A stretch of 64,000 bases of DNA from Steroidobacteraceae bacterium (GCA_044226195.1 JBGAHO010000013.1:16465-80464); one strand, 5' to 3'. Shown: positions 20,804 through 31,863, counted from the stretch's first letter. The notes: generated by a model not told the origin, from the letters alone. Numbers and translations: made by a program.

Positions 20804-23388
20804 TATTTTCCTTTTAGGAAGTCCTTGGCGAAGCGCTGCAGCACGCCGCCCGCCTCGTAGATCGACACTTCCTCGGCGGTGTCGAGCCGGCACGTGACCG
20901 GCACCTCGACGCGCTCGCCGGACTTGCGGTGGATGACCAGCGTGAGATCGGTGCGCGGCGCACGCGTGCCGACCACGTCGTAGGTCTCGGTGCCGTCGAT
21001 GCCGAGGGTCCTGCGATTCGTGCCCGCCTTGAACTCGAGCGGCAGCACGCCCATGCCGATGAGATTCGTGCGATGGATGCGCTCGAAGCCTTCGGCCACG
21101 ATCGCCTCGACGCCCGCGAGGCGCACACCTTTCGCCGCCCAGTCGCGTGACGAGCCCTGGCCGTAGTCCGCCCCCGCGACGATGATCAGCGGCTGCTTGC
21201 GGTTCATGTAGGTCTCGATCGCTTCCCACATGCGCAGGACCTGGCCGTCCGGCTCCACGCGGGCGAGCGAGCCCTTCTTCACCTTGCCGTCGACCACCGC
21301 CATCTCGTTGACGAGCGTCGGGTTGGCGAACGTCGCGCGTTGGGCGGTGAGGTGATCGCCGCGGTGCGTCGCGTAGGAATTGAAGTCCTCTTCGGGCAGG
21401 CCCATCTTCGCGAGGTACTCGCCGGCCGCGCTGTCGAGCAGGATCGCGTTCGACGGCGAGAGGTGATCGGTGGTGATGTTGTCGCCGAGCACCGCGAGCG
21501 GGCGCATGCCCTTGAGCGTGCGCTCGCCGGCCAGCGCGCCTTCCCAGTAGGGCGGGCGGCGGATGTAGGTGCTCTGCGGCCGCCAGTCGTACAGCGGGCT
21601 CACCTTCGGGCCCGACTCCGCCTGCACGCGGAACATCGGCTCGTACACCTGGCGGAACTGCTCGGGCTTCACCGCCGCCTTCACGATCGCGTCGATCTCC
21701 GCGTCCGTCGGCCAGAGATCCTTCAGCGTGATCGGCTGGCCGTTCGCGTCGTGCCCGAACGCATCGCGCTCGATGTCGAAGCGGATCGTGCCCGCGATGG
21801 CGTAGGCCACCACCAGCGGCGGCGAGGCGAGGAACGCCTGCTTCGCGTAGGGGTGGATGCGCCCGTCGAAATTGCGGTTGCCGGAAAGCACGGCCGTCGC
21901 GTACAGGTCGCGGTCGATGATCTCCTGCTGGATCTTCGGGTCGAGCGCGCCGCTCATGCCGTTGCAGGTCGTGCAGGCGAACGCGACGATGCCGAAACCG
22001 AGCTTTTCCAGCTCCTTCGTCAGCCCGGCCTCGTCGAGATACAGCGCCACGGCCTTGGAGCCCGGCGCGAGCGAGGTCTTGACCCACGGCTTGCGCGTGA
22101 GCCCGAGCCGGTTCGCATTCCTCGCCAGCAACGCAGCGGCGATGACGTTGCGCGGGTTCGACGTGTTGGTGCAGCTGGTGATCGCCGCGATGATCACCGC
22201 GCCGTCCGGCATCCGGCCCGGCGTCTCGGTCCACTTCGCCGCGATGCCCCTGGCCGCGAGGTCCGTCGTCGCGACGCGCGCGTGCGGGTTCGACGGGCCG
22301 GCCAGGTTGCGCACCACGCTCGAGAGATCGAACTCCAGCGTGCGTTCGTACTGCGCATTCTCCAGGCTGTCGGCCCACAGGCCCGCCGTCTTCGCATAGG
22401 TCTCGACCAGCGCCACCTGCTCGGGCGAGCGCCCGGTGAGGCGCAGGTAGTCGAGCGTCTGGTCGTCGATGAAGAACAGCGCCGCCGTGGCACCGTACTC
22501 CGGCGCCATGTTGGAAATCGTTGCGCGATCGCCGAGCGTCAGGCTCGCCGCACCCGCGCCGAAGAACTCGAGGTACGCCCCGACCACCTTGGACTTGCGC
22601 AGGAACTCGGTCAGCGCGAGCACGATGTCCGTCGCGGTGATGCCGGGTTGGCGCTGGCCGGTCAGCTTCACGCCGACGATCTCGGGCAGGCGCATCCACG
22701 ACGCGCGGCCGAGCATCACGTTCTCGGCTTCGAGGCCGCCCACGCCCACCGCGATCACGCCGAGCGCGTCGACGTGCGGCGTGTGGCTGTCGGTGCCGAC
22801 GCAGGTGTCGGGGAACGCCACGCCGTCCTGCGCGTGGATCACCGGCGACATCTTCTCCAGGTTGATCTGGTGCATGATGCCGTTGCCGGCCGGGATGACG
22901 TCGACGTTGTCGAACGCGAGCTTGGTCCAGTCGATGAAGTGGAAACGGTCCTCGTTGCGACGGTCCTCGATCGCGCGGTTCTTCGCGAACGCCTGCGGAT
23001 CGAACCCGCCGCACTCCACCGCGAGCGAGTGATCGACGATCAGCTGCACCGGCACCACCGGGTTCACCTGCGCGGGGTCGCCGCCCTGGTCGGCGATCGC
23101 ATCGCGCAGGCCCGCGAGATCGACGAGCGCGGTCTGCCCGAGGATGTCGTGGCAGACCACGCGCGCCGGGAACCACGGGAAGTCCCGCTCGCGCTTGTGG
23201 TCGACGATCTGCCCGAGGCATTCGCGCAGGATGGCGGGCTCGCAGCGGCGCACGATGTTCTCGGCGTGCACGCGCGACGTGTAGGGCAGCGTCTCCCACG
23301 CGCCGGCGCGGATCTCCTCCACGGCGGCGCGCGTGTCGAAGTAATCGAGCTTCGTCCCCGGCAGGGGCTTGCGGTGCTTCGAGTTCAT
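20803..23388 (-). CDS. acnD: Fe/S-dependent 2-methylisocitrate dehydratase (aconitase family) AcnD
   Basis: Inside ORF 20803..23619. ATG at 23388 (checked) gives MNSKHRKPLPGTKLDYFDTRAAV. 861 aa aconitase-like protein between prpC and prpF. Confidence 0.9.
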   Translation of the reverse strand: MNSKHRKPLPGTKLDYFDTRAAVEEIRAGAWETLPYTSRVHAENIVRRCEPAILRECLGQIVDHKRERDFPWFPARVVCHDILGQTALVDLAGLRDAIADQGGDPAQVNPVVPVQLIVDHSLAVECGGFDPQAFAKNRAIEDRRNEDRFHFIDWTKLAFDNVDVIPAGNGIMHQINLEKMSPVIHAQDGVAFPDTCVGTDSHTPHVDALGVIAVGVGGLEAENVMLGRASWMRLPEIVGVKLTGQRQPGITATDIVLALTEFLRKSKVVGAYLEFFGAGAASLTLGDRATISNMAPEYGATAALFFIDDQTLDYLRLTGRSPEQVALVETYAKTAGLWADSLENAQYERTLEFDLSSVVRNLAGPSNPHARVATTDLAARGIAAKWTETPGRMPDGAVIIAAITSCTNTSNPRNVIAAALLARNANRLGLTRKPWVKTSLAPGSKAVALYLDEAGLTKELEKLGFGIVAFACTTCNGMSGALDPKIQQEIIDRDLYATAVLSGNRNFDGRIHPYAKQAFLASPPLVVAYAIAGTIRFDIERDAFGHDANGQPITLKDLWPTDAEIDAIVKAAVKPEQFRQVYEPMFRVQAESGPKVSPLYDWRPQSTYIRRPPYWEGALAGERTLKGMRPLAVLGDNITTDHLSPSNAILLDSAAGEYLAKMGLPEEDFNSYATHRGDHLTAQRATFANPTLVNEMAVVDGKVKKGSLARVEPDGQVLRMWEAIETYMNRKQPLIIVAGADYGQGSSRDWAAKGVRLAGVEAIVAEGFERIHRTNLIGMGVLPLEFKAGTNRRTLGIDGTETYDVVGTRAPRTDLTLVIHRKSGERVEVPVTCRLDTAEEVSIYEAGGVLQRFAKDFLKGK

Positions 23389-23393
23389 GAGGC

Positions 23394-24548
23394 TCAGCGC
23401 TGGTCGATCGGCACGAACTTGCGGTCCTCGGGACCGGTGTAGTTGGCACTCGGGCGGATGATCTTGCCGTCGATGCGCTGCTCGATGACGTGCGCGCTCC
23501 AGCCGCTGGTGCGCGCGATGACGAACAGCGGCGTGAACATCGCGGTGGGCACGCCCATCATGTGGTACGAGACCGCGCTGAACCAGTCGAGGTTCGGGAA
23601 CATCTTCTTGATCTCCCACATCACGCTCTCGAGGCGCTCGGCGATGTGGTACATCTTCAGGTCACCGGCCTCGCGCGACAGGTTGTGCGCGACTTCCTTG
23701 ATCACCTTGTTGCGCGGGTCGCCGATCGTGTAGACCGGGTGGCCGAAGCCGATCACGACTTCCTTGGCCTCGACGCGCTTGCGGATGTCCGCCTCCGCCT
23801 CGTCCGGCGTCTCGTAGCGCTTCTGCACCTCGAACGCGACTTCGTTGGCGCCGCCGTGCTTCGGGCCGCGCAGCGCGCCGATCGCGCCAGTGATGGCCGA
23901 GTACATGTCCGAACCCGTGCCGGCGATCACGCGGCTGGTGAACGTCGAAGCGTTGAACTCGTGCTCGGCGTACAGGTTGAGCGAGATGTGCATCGCCTTC
24001 ACCCAGGAGTCGGGCGGCGGCGTGCCGTGCAGCAGGTGCAGGAAGTGACCACCGATCGAGTCGTCGTCGGTCTCGACCTCGATCGATTTGCCCGAGTGAC
24101 TGTAGTGGTACCAGTAGCACAGCATCGAGCCGAGGCTCGCCATCAGGCGATCGGCGATGTCGCGGGCACCGGCGATGTTGTGGTCGTCCTTCTCGGGCAG
24201 CGTGCAGCCGAGCACCGAGGTGCCCGTGCGCAGCACGTCCATCGGATGGGCGGAGGCGGGCAGCGCCTCGAGCGCCGAGAGTACCGGCACCGGCAGGCCG
24301 CGCAGCCGCTTCAGCTTTTCCTTGTAACCCCTGAGCTCGGCGTGGTTCGGCAGCTTGCCGTGCACCAGCAGGTAGGCCACTTCCTCGAATTCGCACTTGT
24401 CGGCGAGGTCGAGGATGTCGTAGCCACGGTAGTGCAGGTCGTTGCCGCTGCGGCCGACCGTGCAGAGCGCGGTGTTGCCGGCGGGCACGCCCGACAGGGC
24501 GACGGACTTCTTCGGCTTGAAACCGGGGGCGGGGGTCTCGGTACTCAT
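23394..24548 (-). CDS. prpC: 2-methylcitrate synthase
   Basis: ORF 384 aa of the citrate-synthase family ([14 protein letters not shown]). prp operon context. Confidence 0.93.
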   Translation of the reverse strand: MSTETPAPGFKPKKSVALSGVPAGNTALCTVGRSGNDLHYRGYDILDLADKCEFEEVAYLLVHGKLPNHAELRGYKEKLKRLRGLPVPVLSALEALPASAHPMDVLRTGTSVLGCTLPEKDDHNIAGARDIADRLMASLGSMLCYWYHYSHSGKSIEVETDDDSIGGHFLHLLHGTPPPDSWVKAMHISLNLYAEHEFNASTFTSRVIAGTGSDMYSAITGAIGALRGPKHGGANEVAFEVQKRYETPDEAEADIRKRVEAKEVVIGFGHPVYTIGDPRNKVIKEVAHNLSREAGDLKMYHIAERLESVMWEIKKMFPNLDWFSAVSYHMMGVPTAMFTPLFVIARTSGWSAHVIEQRIDGKIIRPSANYTGPEDRKFVPIDQR

Positions 24549-24582
24549 GGTGCGCTACTCGTCCTGGGGGTGATGGGCGCGC

Positions 24583-25485
24583 TCACTGCTCGCCGCTGTC
24601 CTTCGAGAACAGCGCGTCGAGCTTGCGCTCGTAGTCGTGGTAGCCGAGCACGTCGTACAGCTCGGCCCGGGTCTGCATGCGGTCGATGACGCTCTTCTGC
24701 GTGCCTTCGGTGCGGATCGCGCCGTAGACCGCCTCGGCCGCCTTCGACATCGCGCGGAACGCGGAGAGCGGGTACAGCACGAGCTGCACGCCGACCGAGG
24801 CGAGCTCGGCGACGGTGAAGTAGGGCGTCTTGCCGAACTCGGTGATGTTGGCGAGCACCGGCACCTTCACGTGCGCGGTGAACTGGCTGTACTCGTCGAG
24901 CTTGTTGAGTGCCTCGGCGAAGATCATGTCGGCGCCCGCCTCGACGTAGCGCTGCGCGCGCTCGATCGCCGCCTGCTGGCCCTCGACCGCGTGCGCGTCG
25001 GTGCGCGCCATGATCACGAAGTTCGCATCCGTGCGGCCGTCGACCGCCGCCTTGATGCGATCGACCATTTCTTCCGTCGAGACCAGCGCCTTGCCCGGCC
25101 GATGGCCGCAGCGCTTCGCCGCCACCTGGTCCTCGAGGTGGCACGCCGCCGCGCCGGAACGGATCAGGTCCGCGATGGTGCGCGAGATGTTGAAGGCGGC
25201 ACCCCAGCCCGTGTCGGCGTCGACGAGCAGGGGCAGGTCGCTGGCCGAGGTGATGCGGCGGACGTCCTCGCAGACGTCGTTGAGGCTGGTGATGCCGAGG
25301 TCGGGCAGGCCGAAGGAGGCGTTCGCGACGCCGGCGCCGGACAGATAGATGGCGCGGAATCCGGCCCGCTCGGCCAGCAGGGCGGAGTAGGCGTTGATGG
25401 CGCCGACCACCTGCAGGGGGCGCTCGTGGGCGAGGGCCGCGCGGAAACGCGCGCCGGCGGACGAGGGAACTGAGGCCGTGGTCAT
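24583..25485 (-). CDS. prpB: Methylisocitrate lyase
   Basis: Inside ORF 24583..25950. ATG at 25485 (checked) gives [33 protein letters not shown]. Carries the isocitrate-lyase/PEP-mutase motif KRCGHRPGK. 300 aa. Confidence 0.93.
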   Translation of the reverse strand: MTTASVPSSAGARFRAALAHERPLQVVGAINAYSALLAERAGFRAIYLSGAGVANASFGLPDLGITSLNDVCEDVRRITSASDLPLLVDADTGWGAAFNISRTIADLIRSGAAACHLEDQVAAKRCGHRPGKALVSTEEMVDRIKAAVDGRTDANFVIMARTDAHAVEGQQAAIERAQRYVEAGADMIFAEALNKLDEYSQFTAHVKVPVLANITEFGKTPYFTVAELASVGVQLVLYPLSAFRAMSKAAEAVYGAIRTEGTQKSVIDRMQTRAELYDVLGYHDYERKLDALFSKDSGEQ

Positions 25486-25608
25486 GGGGCGCGGTCTCCC
25501 GGGCAAAAAGCGATGCAGAGACAAGTAGTTTGCTACAAGTTTCCGTTGCCCGATCTGCAAAAAAGGGCGTATAAACTTGCGAAATCCTGCAAAACTGCGA
25601 AATTGCAA
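25486..25608. promoter_or_regulatory. Divergent prpB / regulator control region with TGC(A/G)AA repeats
   Basis: The most AT-rich stretch of the locus. TGCAA/TGCGAA occurs at 25556, 25578, 25588, 25596 and 25604. ACAAGT direct repeat at 25521 and 25535. Candidate plus-strand promoter TTGCCC (25546-25551), 18-nt spacer, TATAAA (25570-25575). Confidence 0.35.
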
Positions 25609-27021
25609 ATGCGCGACAAGCTCTTCATGGGCCCGAAGGTGCGGGCGCTGCGGGAACGCCAGAACCTGACCCTCGAGAGCTGCGCCCAGCAGCTCGGGCT
25701 CTCCGCCAGCTACCTGTCCCAGATCGAGACCAACCAGCGGCCGGTGACCGCCCGGGTGCTGATCGCGCTGTCCCGGGTGTTCAACGTCAGCCCCGGGGAG
25801 TTCGACTCGGACGAGGAGACGCGACTGATCGCGGACCTGCGCGAGGCGAGCGCGGACCTCGCCCTCGGCACGCCCACCCCGACCCTCACCGAGCTGAAGC
25901 TGGCGGCGGCGACCACGCCGTCGCTCGCCCGGCAGTACCTCGCGCTGCACCGGGCCTACCGCGCCCTCGACGAGCGCATCCTGCGCTACGACGAGACGGT
26001 GCGGATGCGCACCGAGGATGCGCCCGATTCACTGGTGCCGTACCAGGAGGTGCGCGACTTCTTCCACTACCGCGACAACTACGTCGACGAGGTGGACGTC
26101 GCGGCGGAAGCGCTGGCGGCGGAGATCGGCATCGGAGGCGACGGCGACGCGGTGCAGAAATTCGAAGCCGCGCTCCGCGAGCGCTTCGGCATCGAAGTCG
26201 TGCGGGTGCTGGCGCCGGCCGGGATGATCCGCCACTACGATCCGGCGGCGAAACTGCTGACGCTCGATCGCGACCTGCCCGAGCCGACGCGCGCCTTCCA
26301 GCTCGCGACGCAGCTCGCCGACCTGCTGTTCACGGGCCTCAGCAACGACCTGCTCGCGAGCGCGGGGCTCGAGTCGCCCACGGCCCGCGACATCGCGCGC
26401 ATCGCGATGATCAACTACGCGGCCGGCGCGCTGATGATGCCGTACCGCCGCTTCGCCGCCTCGGCGATGGAGCTGCGCCACGACATCGAGCAGCTGCAGC
26501 ACCGCTACAACGCGAGCTTCGAGCAGGTCTCGCATCGCCTGAGCACGCTGCAGCGGCCGGGTGCGCGCGGCGTGCCGTTCTACTTCGTGCGCGTGGACGC
26601 GGCGGGCAACATCACCAAGCGGCACAGCTCGACGCGCTTCCAGTTCGCGCGCTTCGGCGGCGCGTGCCCGCTGTGGAACGTGCACGAAGCCTTCGGCCAC
26701 CCGGGGCGCATCCTGGTGCAGGTCGCGGAGATGCCGGACGGCGTGCGCTACCTCTGCATCGGGCGCAGCATCGTCAAGCGCTCGGGCAATTACCTGCGGC
26801 CGAACCGGCAGTACGCGATCGGCATCGGTTGCGAGATCGCGTACGCGGACAAGGTCGTGTACTCGGAGGGCCTGCAGCTCGACGGACAGGCGGTGCCGGT
26901 CGGCGTCAGCTGTCGCATCTGCGAGCGGCCGGACTGCCACCAGCGGGCGTTTCCGCCGCTCGGGCGTCGGCTCACGGTGCGGCCGAACGAGCGGCGCGTC
27001 GTGCCGTTCGTCATCGAGTAG
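25609..27021 (+). CDS. XRE-family short-chain fatty acyl-CoA regulator (mycobacterial PrpR / ScfR type)
   Basis: Inside ORF 25513..27021. ATG at 25609 gives [45 protein letters not shown] (HTH_XRE). Has an ImmA/IrrE-like middle region and a Cys-rich C-terminus (GACPLWN...[15 protein letters not shown]). Divergent from the prp operon. Confidence 0.8.
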   Translation: MRDKLFMGPKVRALRERQNLTLESCAQQLGLSASYLSQIETNQRPVTARVLIALSRVFNVSPGEFDSDEETRLIADLREASADLALGTPTPTLTELKLAAATTPSLARQYLALHRAYRALDERILRYDETVRMRTEDAPDSLVPYQEVRDFFHYRDNYVDEVDVAAEALAAEIGIGGDGDAVQKFEAALRERFGIEVVRVLAPAGMIRHYDPAAKLLTLDRDLPEPTRAFQLATQLADLLFTGLSNDLLASAGLESPTARDIARIAMINYAAGALMMPYRRFAASAMELRHDIEQLQHRYNASFEQVSHRLSTLQRPGARGVPFYFVRVDAAGNITKRHSSTRFQFARFGGACPLWNVHEAFGHPGRILVQVAEMPDGVRYLCIGRSIVKRSGNYLRPNRQYAIGIGCEIAYADKVVYSEGLQLDGQAVPVGVSCRICERPDCHQRAFPPLGRRLTVRPNERRVVPFVIE

Positions 27022-27039
27022 CGGAGCGGAGCAAGAGCC

Positions 27040-27074
27040 GGTCCCTGGCCACGCTTCCCGGCAGGAACGGGGAC
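27040..27074. repeat. 35-nt palindromic unit (inverted copy of the unit heading the tandem repeat at 27128)
   Basis: GGTCCCTGGCCACGCTTCCCGGCAGGAACGGGGAC is the near-exact reverse complement of GTCCCCGGTTCCTGCCGGGAAGCGTGGCCGGGGAC at 27128. Confidence 0.85.
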
Positions 27075-27127
27075 CGTCGCGCGCCATGGACGGCGCGCGC
27101 GAGCCCCCAGGGATGGGTTCACGGCGT

Positions 27128-27329
27128 GTCCCCGGTTCCTGCCGGGAAGCGTGGCCGGGGACTGGCGCTGCGCTGTTCTTGGCCCGTCAACGCGCGAGCA
27201 ACCGCCGCACGCGAGCAGCCGACAGGAGAGTCCCCGTTCCTGCCGGGAAGCATGGCTTGGGGGACCGGCGGAGCGCGCCGTGGGCGCTCAGCGCGCGAGC
27301 AAGCGCCGCACGCGAGCAGCCGACAGGAG
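27128..27329. repeat. Two tandem copies of a roughly 100-nt unit (27128-27229 and 27230-27329)
   Basis: Each unit is GTCCCCG(G)TTCCTGCCGGGAAGC..., a variable part, then CGCGCGAGCAA(C/G)CGCCGCACGCGAGCAGCCGACAGGAGA. The last 39 nt are identical except for one base. The second copy contains the final codons and stop of the CBS gene. Confidence 0.85.
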
Positions 27330-27806
27330 ACCACGCAACCGCACCGAGCCCTGCTCGTCCGACTCCGTGACCGCGAGATGCGTGCGCTCCGACGCATCGA
27401 ACAGTCGCGCCACATCCGCAACCGTGGCCGCCTCGACCTCGCGGATGTCGACGGAAGCGACCTCCGCGAGCGGCACCATGATGTCGCGCACGTGCACGTC
27501 CTTGCGCGGCACGCGCTGCTCCTCCATGTGCCGCACCGGCTTGTCGCCCATCAGGTCGTAGGCCGTCACCAGCCCGACCACGACGCGCCGCTGCGCGTGG
27601 ATCACGAAGGCCGAGCGGACGCCCGCGTGCTTCATGTGGTCGAGCGCCGCATCGACCGGCGCCGACTCGGAAACCGTGACCGACGCGCGTTCACGGAAAT
27701 CCGTCATGACGGTCAGGGCAGGGTCCTGCGGTGCCGCGAACCAGGGATCGGCCCCGGGGATCGGCAATTCGACACGCTTCACGTTTTGCAGGCGCAACGC
27801 AGCCAT
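27288..27806 (-). CDS. CBS domain-containing protein
   Basis: Inside ORF 27288..27884. ATG at 27806 is preceded by GGAGG at 5 nt spacing and gives MAALRLQNVKRVELP. A CBS pair is visible (VMTDFRERASVTV...GLVTAYDLM and VRDIMVPLAEV...). Confidence 0.75.
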   Translation of the reverse strand: MAALRLQNVKRVELPIPGADPWFAAPQDPALTVMTDFRERASVTVSESAPVDAALDHMKHAGVRSAFVIHAQRRVVVGLVTAYDLMGDKPVRHMEEQRVPRKDVHVRDIMVPLAEVASVDIREVEAATVADVARLFDASERTHLAVTESDEQGSVRLRGLLSAARVRRLLAR

Positions 27807-27883
27807 GGCCACCTCCCGGGTCGAAGGTTGGACGCTCGCTGCGTCCGGAATCAATCGCCCCGGCCGGGCCGGGGGCGGATCCA

Positions 27884-29794
27884 CTATAGCGCCGATCCGA
27901 TGATGCCGGCGGCCCGCAGCGCCTCGACGACCTGGCTGGCCGCCTGTTCCGGCGTGGTGCGCGTGGTGTCGATGTAGATCTCCGGGTGCTCCGGCGGCTC
28001 GTAGGGCGAGTCGATGCCGGTGAAATTCTTCAGCTCGCCGCGCCGCGCCTTCTTGTACAGGCCCTTCACGTCGCGCTCCTCGGCGACCGCGAGCGGCGTG
28101 TCGACGTGCACCTCGTAGAACTCGCCCGCCTCGACCAGCGCGCGCGCCATCCGCCGTTCCGAGCGGAACGGCGAGATGAACGACACCAGCACGATCAGGC
28201 CCGCGTCCACCATCAGCCGCGACACTTCGCCCACGCGACGGATGTTCTCGACACGGTCCGCGTCGGTGAAGCCGAGGTCACGATTGAGGCCGTGGCGCAC
28301 GTTGTCGCCGTCGAGCAGGTAGGTGTGCTTGCCGAGCGCGAGCAGCTGCTTTTCGACGAGGTTGGCAATCGTGGACTTGCCGGCGCCGGAGAGGCCCGTG
28401 AACCACAGGATGGCGGGCTTCTGGTGCTTCGCCTCCGCACGCGTCTGCTTGTTGACGTCGAGCGCCTGCCAGTGGATGTTCTGCGAGCGGCGCAGCGCGA
28501 AGTGCAGCAGGCCGGCGCCGACGGTGGCATTGGTGAGGCGGTCGATGAGGATGAACGAGCCCGTCGCCCGGTTCTCGGTGTACGGATCGAACGCCACCGG
28601 CTGGTCGATCGACAGGTTGCAGACGCCGATCTCGTTCAGCTCGAGCTTCTTCGCCGCGAGGTGCTCGAGCGTGTTGACGTTCACCTTGTACTTCGGCTCG
28701 GTGATCGTCGCGGTGACCTGCTTGTTGCCGAGCTTCAGCCAGTAGGGACGGCCCGGCAGCATCGGCTCCGCCGCCATCCAGATCACGGTCGCCTCGAACT
28801 GGTCGGCGACAGCCGGCAGGTGGTCCGGCTTGGCGAGGACGTCGCCGCGGCTGATGTCGACCTCGTCGGCCAGCGTCAGCGTCACCGCCTGGCCGGCGAT
28901 GGCGTGGTCGAGGTCGCCTTCCATCGTGACGATGCGCGTGACGGTGCTCTCGCGCGCCGACGGCAGCACGCGGATCCGGTCGCCCTTGCGGATCGTGCCG
29001 CTCGCGATGGTGCCGGCGAAACCGCGGAAGTCGAGGTTCGGGCGATTCACCCATTGCACGGGGAAGCGGAACGGACGCGACTGCGCGTCTTCCTCGATCT
29101 CGACCGTCTCGAGGTAGGCCATGAGGATCGGGCCGTGGTACCAGGACGTGTGCGCGCTCGGAGTGGCGATGTTGTCGCCCTTGAGGCCGGAGATCGGGAT
29201 GGCGACGATGTCCGTGAGGCCGATGCGCGCCGCGAACGCCTTGTATTCCTCGACGATGCGCTCGAACACGTCCTTCGAATAGTCGACGAGGTCCATCTTG
29301 TTGATGGCCAGCACGACCTTCTTGATGCCGATCAGCGACACGAGGTAGCTGTGCCGGCGCGTCTGCACCAGCACGCCCTTGCGGGCATCGATCAGGATGA
29401 TCGCGAGGTCCGCGGTCGAGGCGCCCGTCACCATGTTGCGGGTGTACTGCTCGTGCCCCGGCGTGTCGGCGACGATGAACTTGCGCTTGTCGGTCGAGAA
29501 GAAGCGGTAGGCGACGTCGATGGTGATGCCCTGCTCGCGCTCGGCGGCGAGGCCGTCGACGAGCAGCGCGAAGTCGATGTCGCCGCCCTGCGTGCCGACC
29601 TTCTTCGAGTCGGCCTCCAGTGCCGCGAGCTGGTCCTCGAAGATCATCTTCGAGTCGTACAGCAGGCGGCCGATCAGCGTGCTCTTGCCGTCGTCGACGC
29701 TGCCGCAGGTGATGAACCGCAGCAGGCTCTTGTGCTCGTGCTGGTGGAGGTACGCCTCGATGTCCGTGGCGATGAGGTCGCTGACGTGTGCCAT
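27884..29794 (-). CDS. cysNC: Bifunctional sulfate adenylyltransferase subunit 1 / adenylylsulfate kinase
   Basis: Inside ORF 27884..30625. ATG at 29794 gives [44 protein letters not shown] (GTPase G1). The C-terminal APS kinase carries the P-loop GLSGAGKST. 636 aa. Confidence 0.93.
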   Translation of the reverse strand: MAHVSDLIATDIEAYLHQHEHKSLLRFITCGSVDDGKSTLIGRLLYDSKMIFEDQLAALEADSKKVGTQGGDIDFALLVDGLAAEREQGITIDVAYRFFSTDKRKFIVADTPGHEQYTRNMVTGASTADLAIILIDARKGVLVQTRRHSYLVSLIGIKKVVLAINKMDLVDYSKDVFERIVEEYKAFAARIGLTDIVAIPISGLKGDNIATPSAHTSWYHGPILMAYLETVEIEEDAQSRPFRFPVQWVNRPNLDFRGFAGTIASGTIRKGDRIRVLPSARESTVTRIVTMEGDLDHAIAGQAVTLTLADEVDISRGDVLAKPDHLPAVADQFEATVIWMAAEPMLPGRPYWLKLGNKQVTATITEPKYKVNVNTLEHLAAKKLELNEIGVCNLSIDQPVAFDPYTENRATGSFILIDRLTNATVGAGLLHFALRRSQNIHWQALDVNKQTRAEAKHQKPAILWFTGLSGAGKSTIANLVEKQLLALGKHTYLLDGDNVRHGLNRDLGFTDADRVENIRRVGEVSRLMVDAGLIVLVSFISPFRSERRMARALVEAGEFYEVHVDTPLAVAEERDVKGLYKKARRGELKNFTGIDSPYEPPEHPEIYIDTTRTTPEQAASQVVEALRAAGIIGSAL

Positions 29795-30729
29795 CAGAAG
29801 TACCCCTCCTGCTTCTTCTTCTCCATCGACGCCGACTGGTCGTGGTCGATCACCCGGCCCTGCCGCTCGGAAGTCGTCGTGAGCAGCATCTCCTGGATGA
29901 TCGCGGTGAGCGTGTCGGCCTCGCTCTCGATCGCGCCGGTGAGCGGATAGCAGCCGAGCGTGCGGAAGCGGACCTTCTTCATCATCGGCCTTTCGCCGGG
30001 CTTGAGCGGCATGCGGTCGTCGTCGACCATGATCAGCGTGCCGTCGCGCTCGACGACCGGCCGCTCGGCCGCGAAGTAGAGCGGCACGATGGGGATGTCG
30101 TTCAGGTAGATGTACTGCCAGATGTCGAGCTCGGTCCAGTTCGACATCGGGAACACGCGGATGCTCTCGCCCTTGTGCTTGCGGGCGTTGTAGAGGTTCC
30201 ACAGCTCGGGGCGCTGGCTCTTCGGGTCCCAGCGGTGCTGGGCGCTGCGGAACGAGAAGATGCGCTCCTTGGCGCGGCTCTTCTCCTCGTCGCGGCGCGC
30301 GCCGCCGAACGCGGCGTCGAAGCCGTGCAGGTCGAGCGCCTGCTTCAGCGCCTGCGTCTTCATGATGTCGGTGTGGATGGCCGAGCCGTGCGTGAACGGA
30401 TTGACGTTCTGCGCGATGCCCTCGGGATTCGTGTAGGTGAGCAACTGCAGGCCGTACTTCTTCGTGATCGAGTCGCGCAGCTCGTACATCGCGCGGAACT
30501 TCCAGCGCGTGTCGACGTGCAGCAGCGGGAACGGCGGCGGCGCCGGATGGAACGCCTTGAGCGCGACGTGCAGCATCGCCGCGCTGTCCTTGCCGATCGA
30601 ATAGAGCATCACGGGCTTGTCGCACTCGGCGACCACCTCGCGCAGGATGTGGATGCTCTCGGCCTCGAGGCGCTGCAGGTGCGTGAGGCGCTCGGGCGTC
30701 ACCAGGGGTTTGTTCGCTGGGCTGCTCAT
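29794..30729 (-). CDS. cysD: Sulfate adenylyltransferase subunit 2
   Basis: Inside ORF 29794..30783. ATG at 30729 gives [36 protein letters not shown]-reductase-like SIGKDS motif. Its TGA overlaps the cysNC ATG (TGATG). Confidence 0.93.
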   Translation of the reverse strand: MSSPANKPLVTPERLTHLQRLEAESIHILREVVAECDKPVMLYSIGKDSAAMLHVALKAFHPAPPPFPLLHVDTRWKFRAMYELRDSITKKYGLQLLTYTNPEGIAQNVNPFTHGSAIHTDIMKTQALKQALDLHGFDAAFGGARRDEEKSRAKERIFSFRSAQHRWDPKSQRPELWNLYNARKHKGESIRVFPMSNWTELDIWQYIYLNDIPIVPLYFAAERPVVERDGTLIMVDDDRMPLKPGERPMMKKVRFRTLGCYPLTGAIESEADTLTAIIQEMLLTTTSERQGRVIDHDQSASMEKKKQEGYF

Positions 30730-30778
30730 GGTCTCAGCGACGGCCGTGGCCGCCGGTTCCGTTCCGGTTCGTGCGCGC

Positions 30779-30808
30779 AGCATCGCGAAGCGGCGCGTGG
30801 GTTGTCAA
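30779..30808 (-). promoter_or_regulatory. Candidate cysD promoter
   Basis: Minus strand reads TTGACA (30808-30803), an 18-nt spacer, GATGCT (30784-30779). The palindrome GAATCGCATTC lies just upstream (30815-30825). Confidence 0.25.
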
Positions 30809-30845
30809 ATAACCGAATGCGATTCAGATATACGAACAGCATCGG

Positions 30846-31835
30846 TCAGGCGATGCGCACCAGGGTGCGGCCGGTCACCTGCCCCTGCACGTAGGCTTCG
30901 AACTGCGCCGGCAGCGCGTCGAAGTCCACCGTCTTCGTGCAGATGCGGTCGAGGTGGCGCGGCTTGAGGTCGCCCGCGAGGCGCTGCCACACGGCGAGGC
31001 GCAGCTCGCGCGGCACCACCACCGAGTTGATGCCGAGCAGGCTGACGCCGCGCAGGATGAACGGCATCACCGTGGTGTGCAGTTCGTGGCTGGCGGCGAG
31101 TCCGATGCTGGCGATGTTGCCCCACGGCTGCACGGTGCGCGTGAGCCAGGTGAGCACGTCGCCGCCGAGGTTGTCGATTGCGCCGGCCCACAGCGGACTT
31201 TCCATCGGCTTCGAGCCGAGGTTCAGTTCCTGGCGGCGCAGGATCCGGGCCGCACCGATTTCCGTCAGGTAGGCATCCGCGTCGGCCTTGCCGCTCAACG
31301 CGACGACTTCGTAACCGCGGCCCCCCAGCATGTCGATCGCGAGGCTGCCGACGCCGCCCGTCGCGCCGTTGACGAGGATCGGGCCCTGCGACGGCGCCTG
31401 TCCGTTCTGTTCCATGCGATGCACGGCGAGCGCCGCGGTGAATCCGGCCGTGCCGATCTTCATCGTGTCGGCGAGCGTGAGGCCCGCCGGCACCGGCACC
31501 AGCCAGTCGCCCTGCAGCCGCGCGTACTCGCTGTAGCCGCCGTCCTGCGTCTCACTGAGTCCGCAGCCGTTCACCAGCACGGGCTGGCCCGGCTGGAAAC
31601 GCGGATCGGACGAACTGACCACCTCGCCCGCGAGGTCGATGCCGCCCGCGAGCGGGTACTTGCGCAGGATCGGCGACTTGCCGGTCGCGGCGAGCGCGTC
31701 CTTGTAGTTGATCGTCGAGTAATGGACCTTCACGACGACGTCGCCTGCGGTCAGGTCGTCAAGCGTGACGGTGTCGAACCGCCCCTGGATGCGGCCGTCG
31801 GTCTTGTGGATGCGGAAAGCGCGGAACGATGCCAT
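30846..31835 (-). CDS. acuI: YhdH/AcuI-type NADPH-dependent acrylyl-CoA reductase (MDR superfamily)
   Basis: ORF 329 aa. VVVKVHYSTINYKDALAATGKSPILRKYPLAGGIDLAGEV and GATGGVGS resemble the YhdH subfamily. Confidence 0.75.
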   Translation of the reverse strand: MASFRAFRIHKTDGRIQGRFDTVTLDDLTAGDVVVKVHYSTINYKDALAATGKSPILRKYPLAGGIDLAGEVVSSSDPRFQPGQPVLVNGCGLSETQDGGYSEYARLQGDWLVPVPAGLTLADTMKIGTAGFTAALAVHRMEQNGQAPSQGPILVNGATGGVGSLAIDMLGGRGYEVVALSGKADADAYLTEIGAARILRRQELNLGSKPMESPLWAGAIDNLGGDVLTWLTRTVQPWGNIASIGLAASHELHTTVMPFILRGVSLLGINSVVVPRELRLAVWQRLAGDLKPRHLDRICTKTVDFDALPAQFEAYVQGQVTGRTLVRIA

Positions 31836-31863
31836 GGCGTGTGTCCGGTGGGCGGAGGGGAAA

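Noticed and set aside
26029-27087. 352-aa minus-strand ORF and small ORFs across 26790-27421
   Set aside because: The first is antisense to the XRE-type regulator. The small ORFs merely translate the palindromic and tandem repeats (recurring PVPAGKRG peptides).
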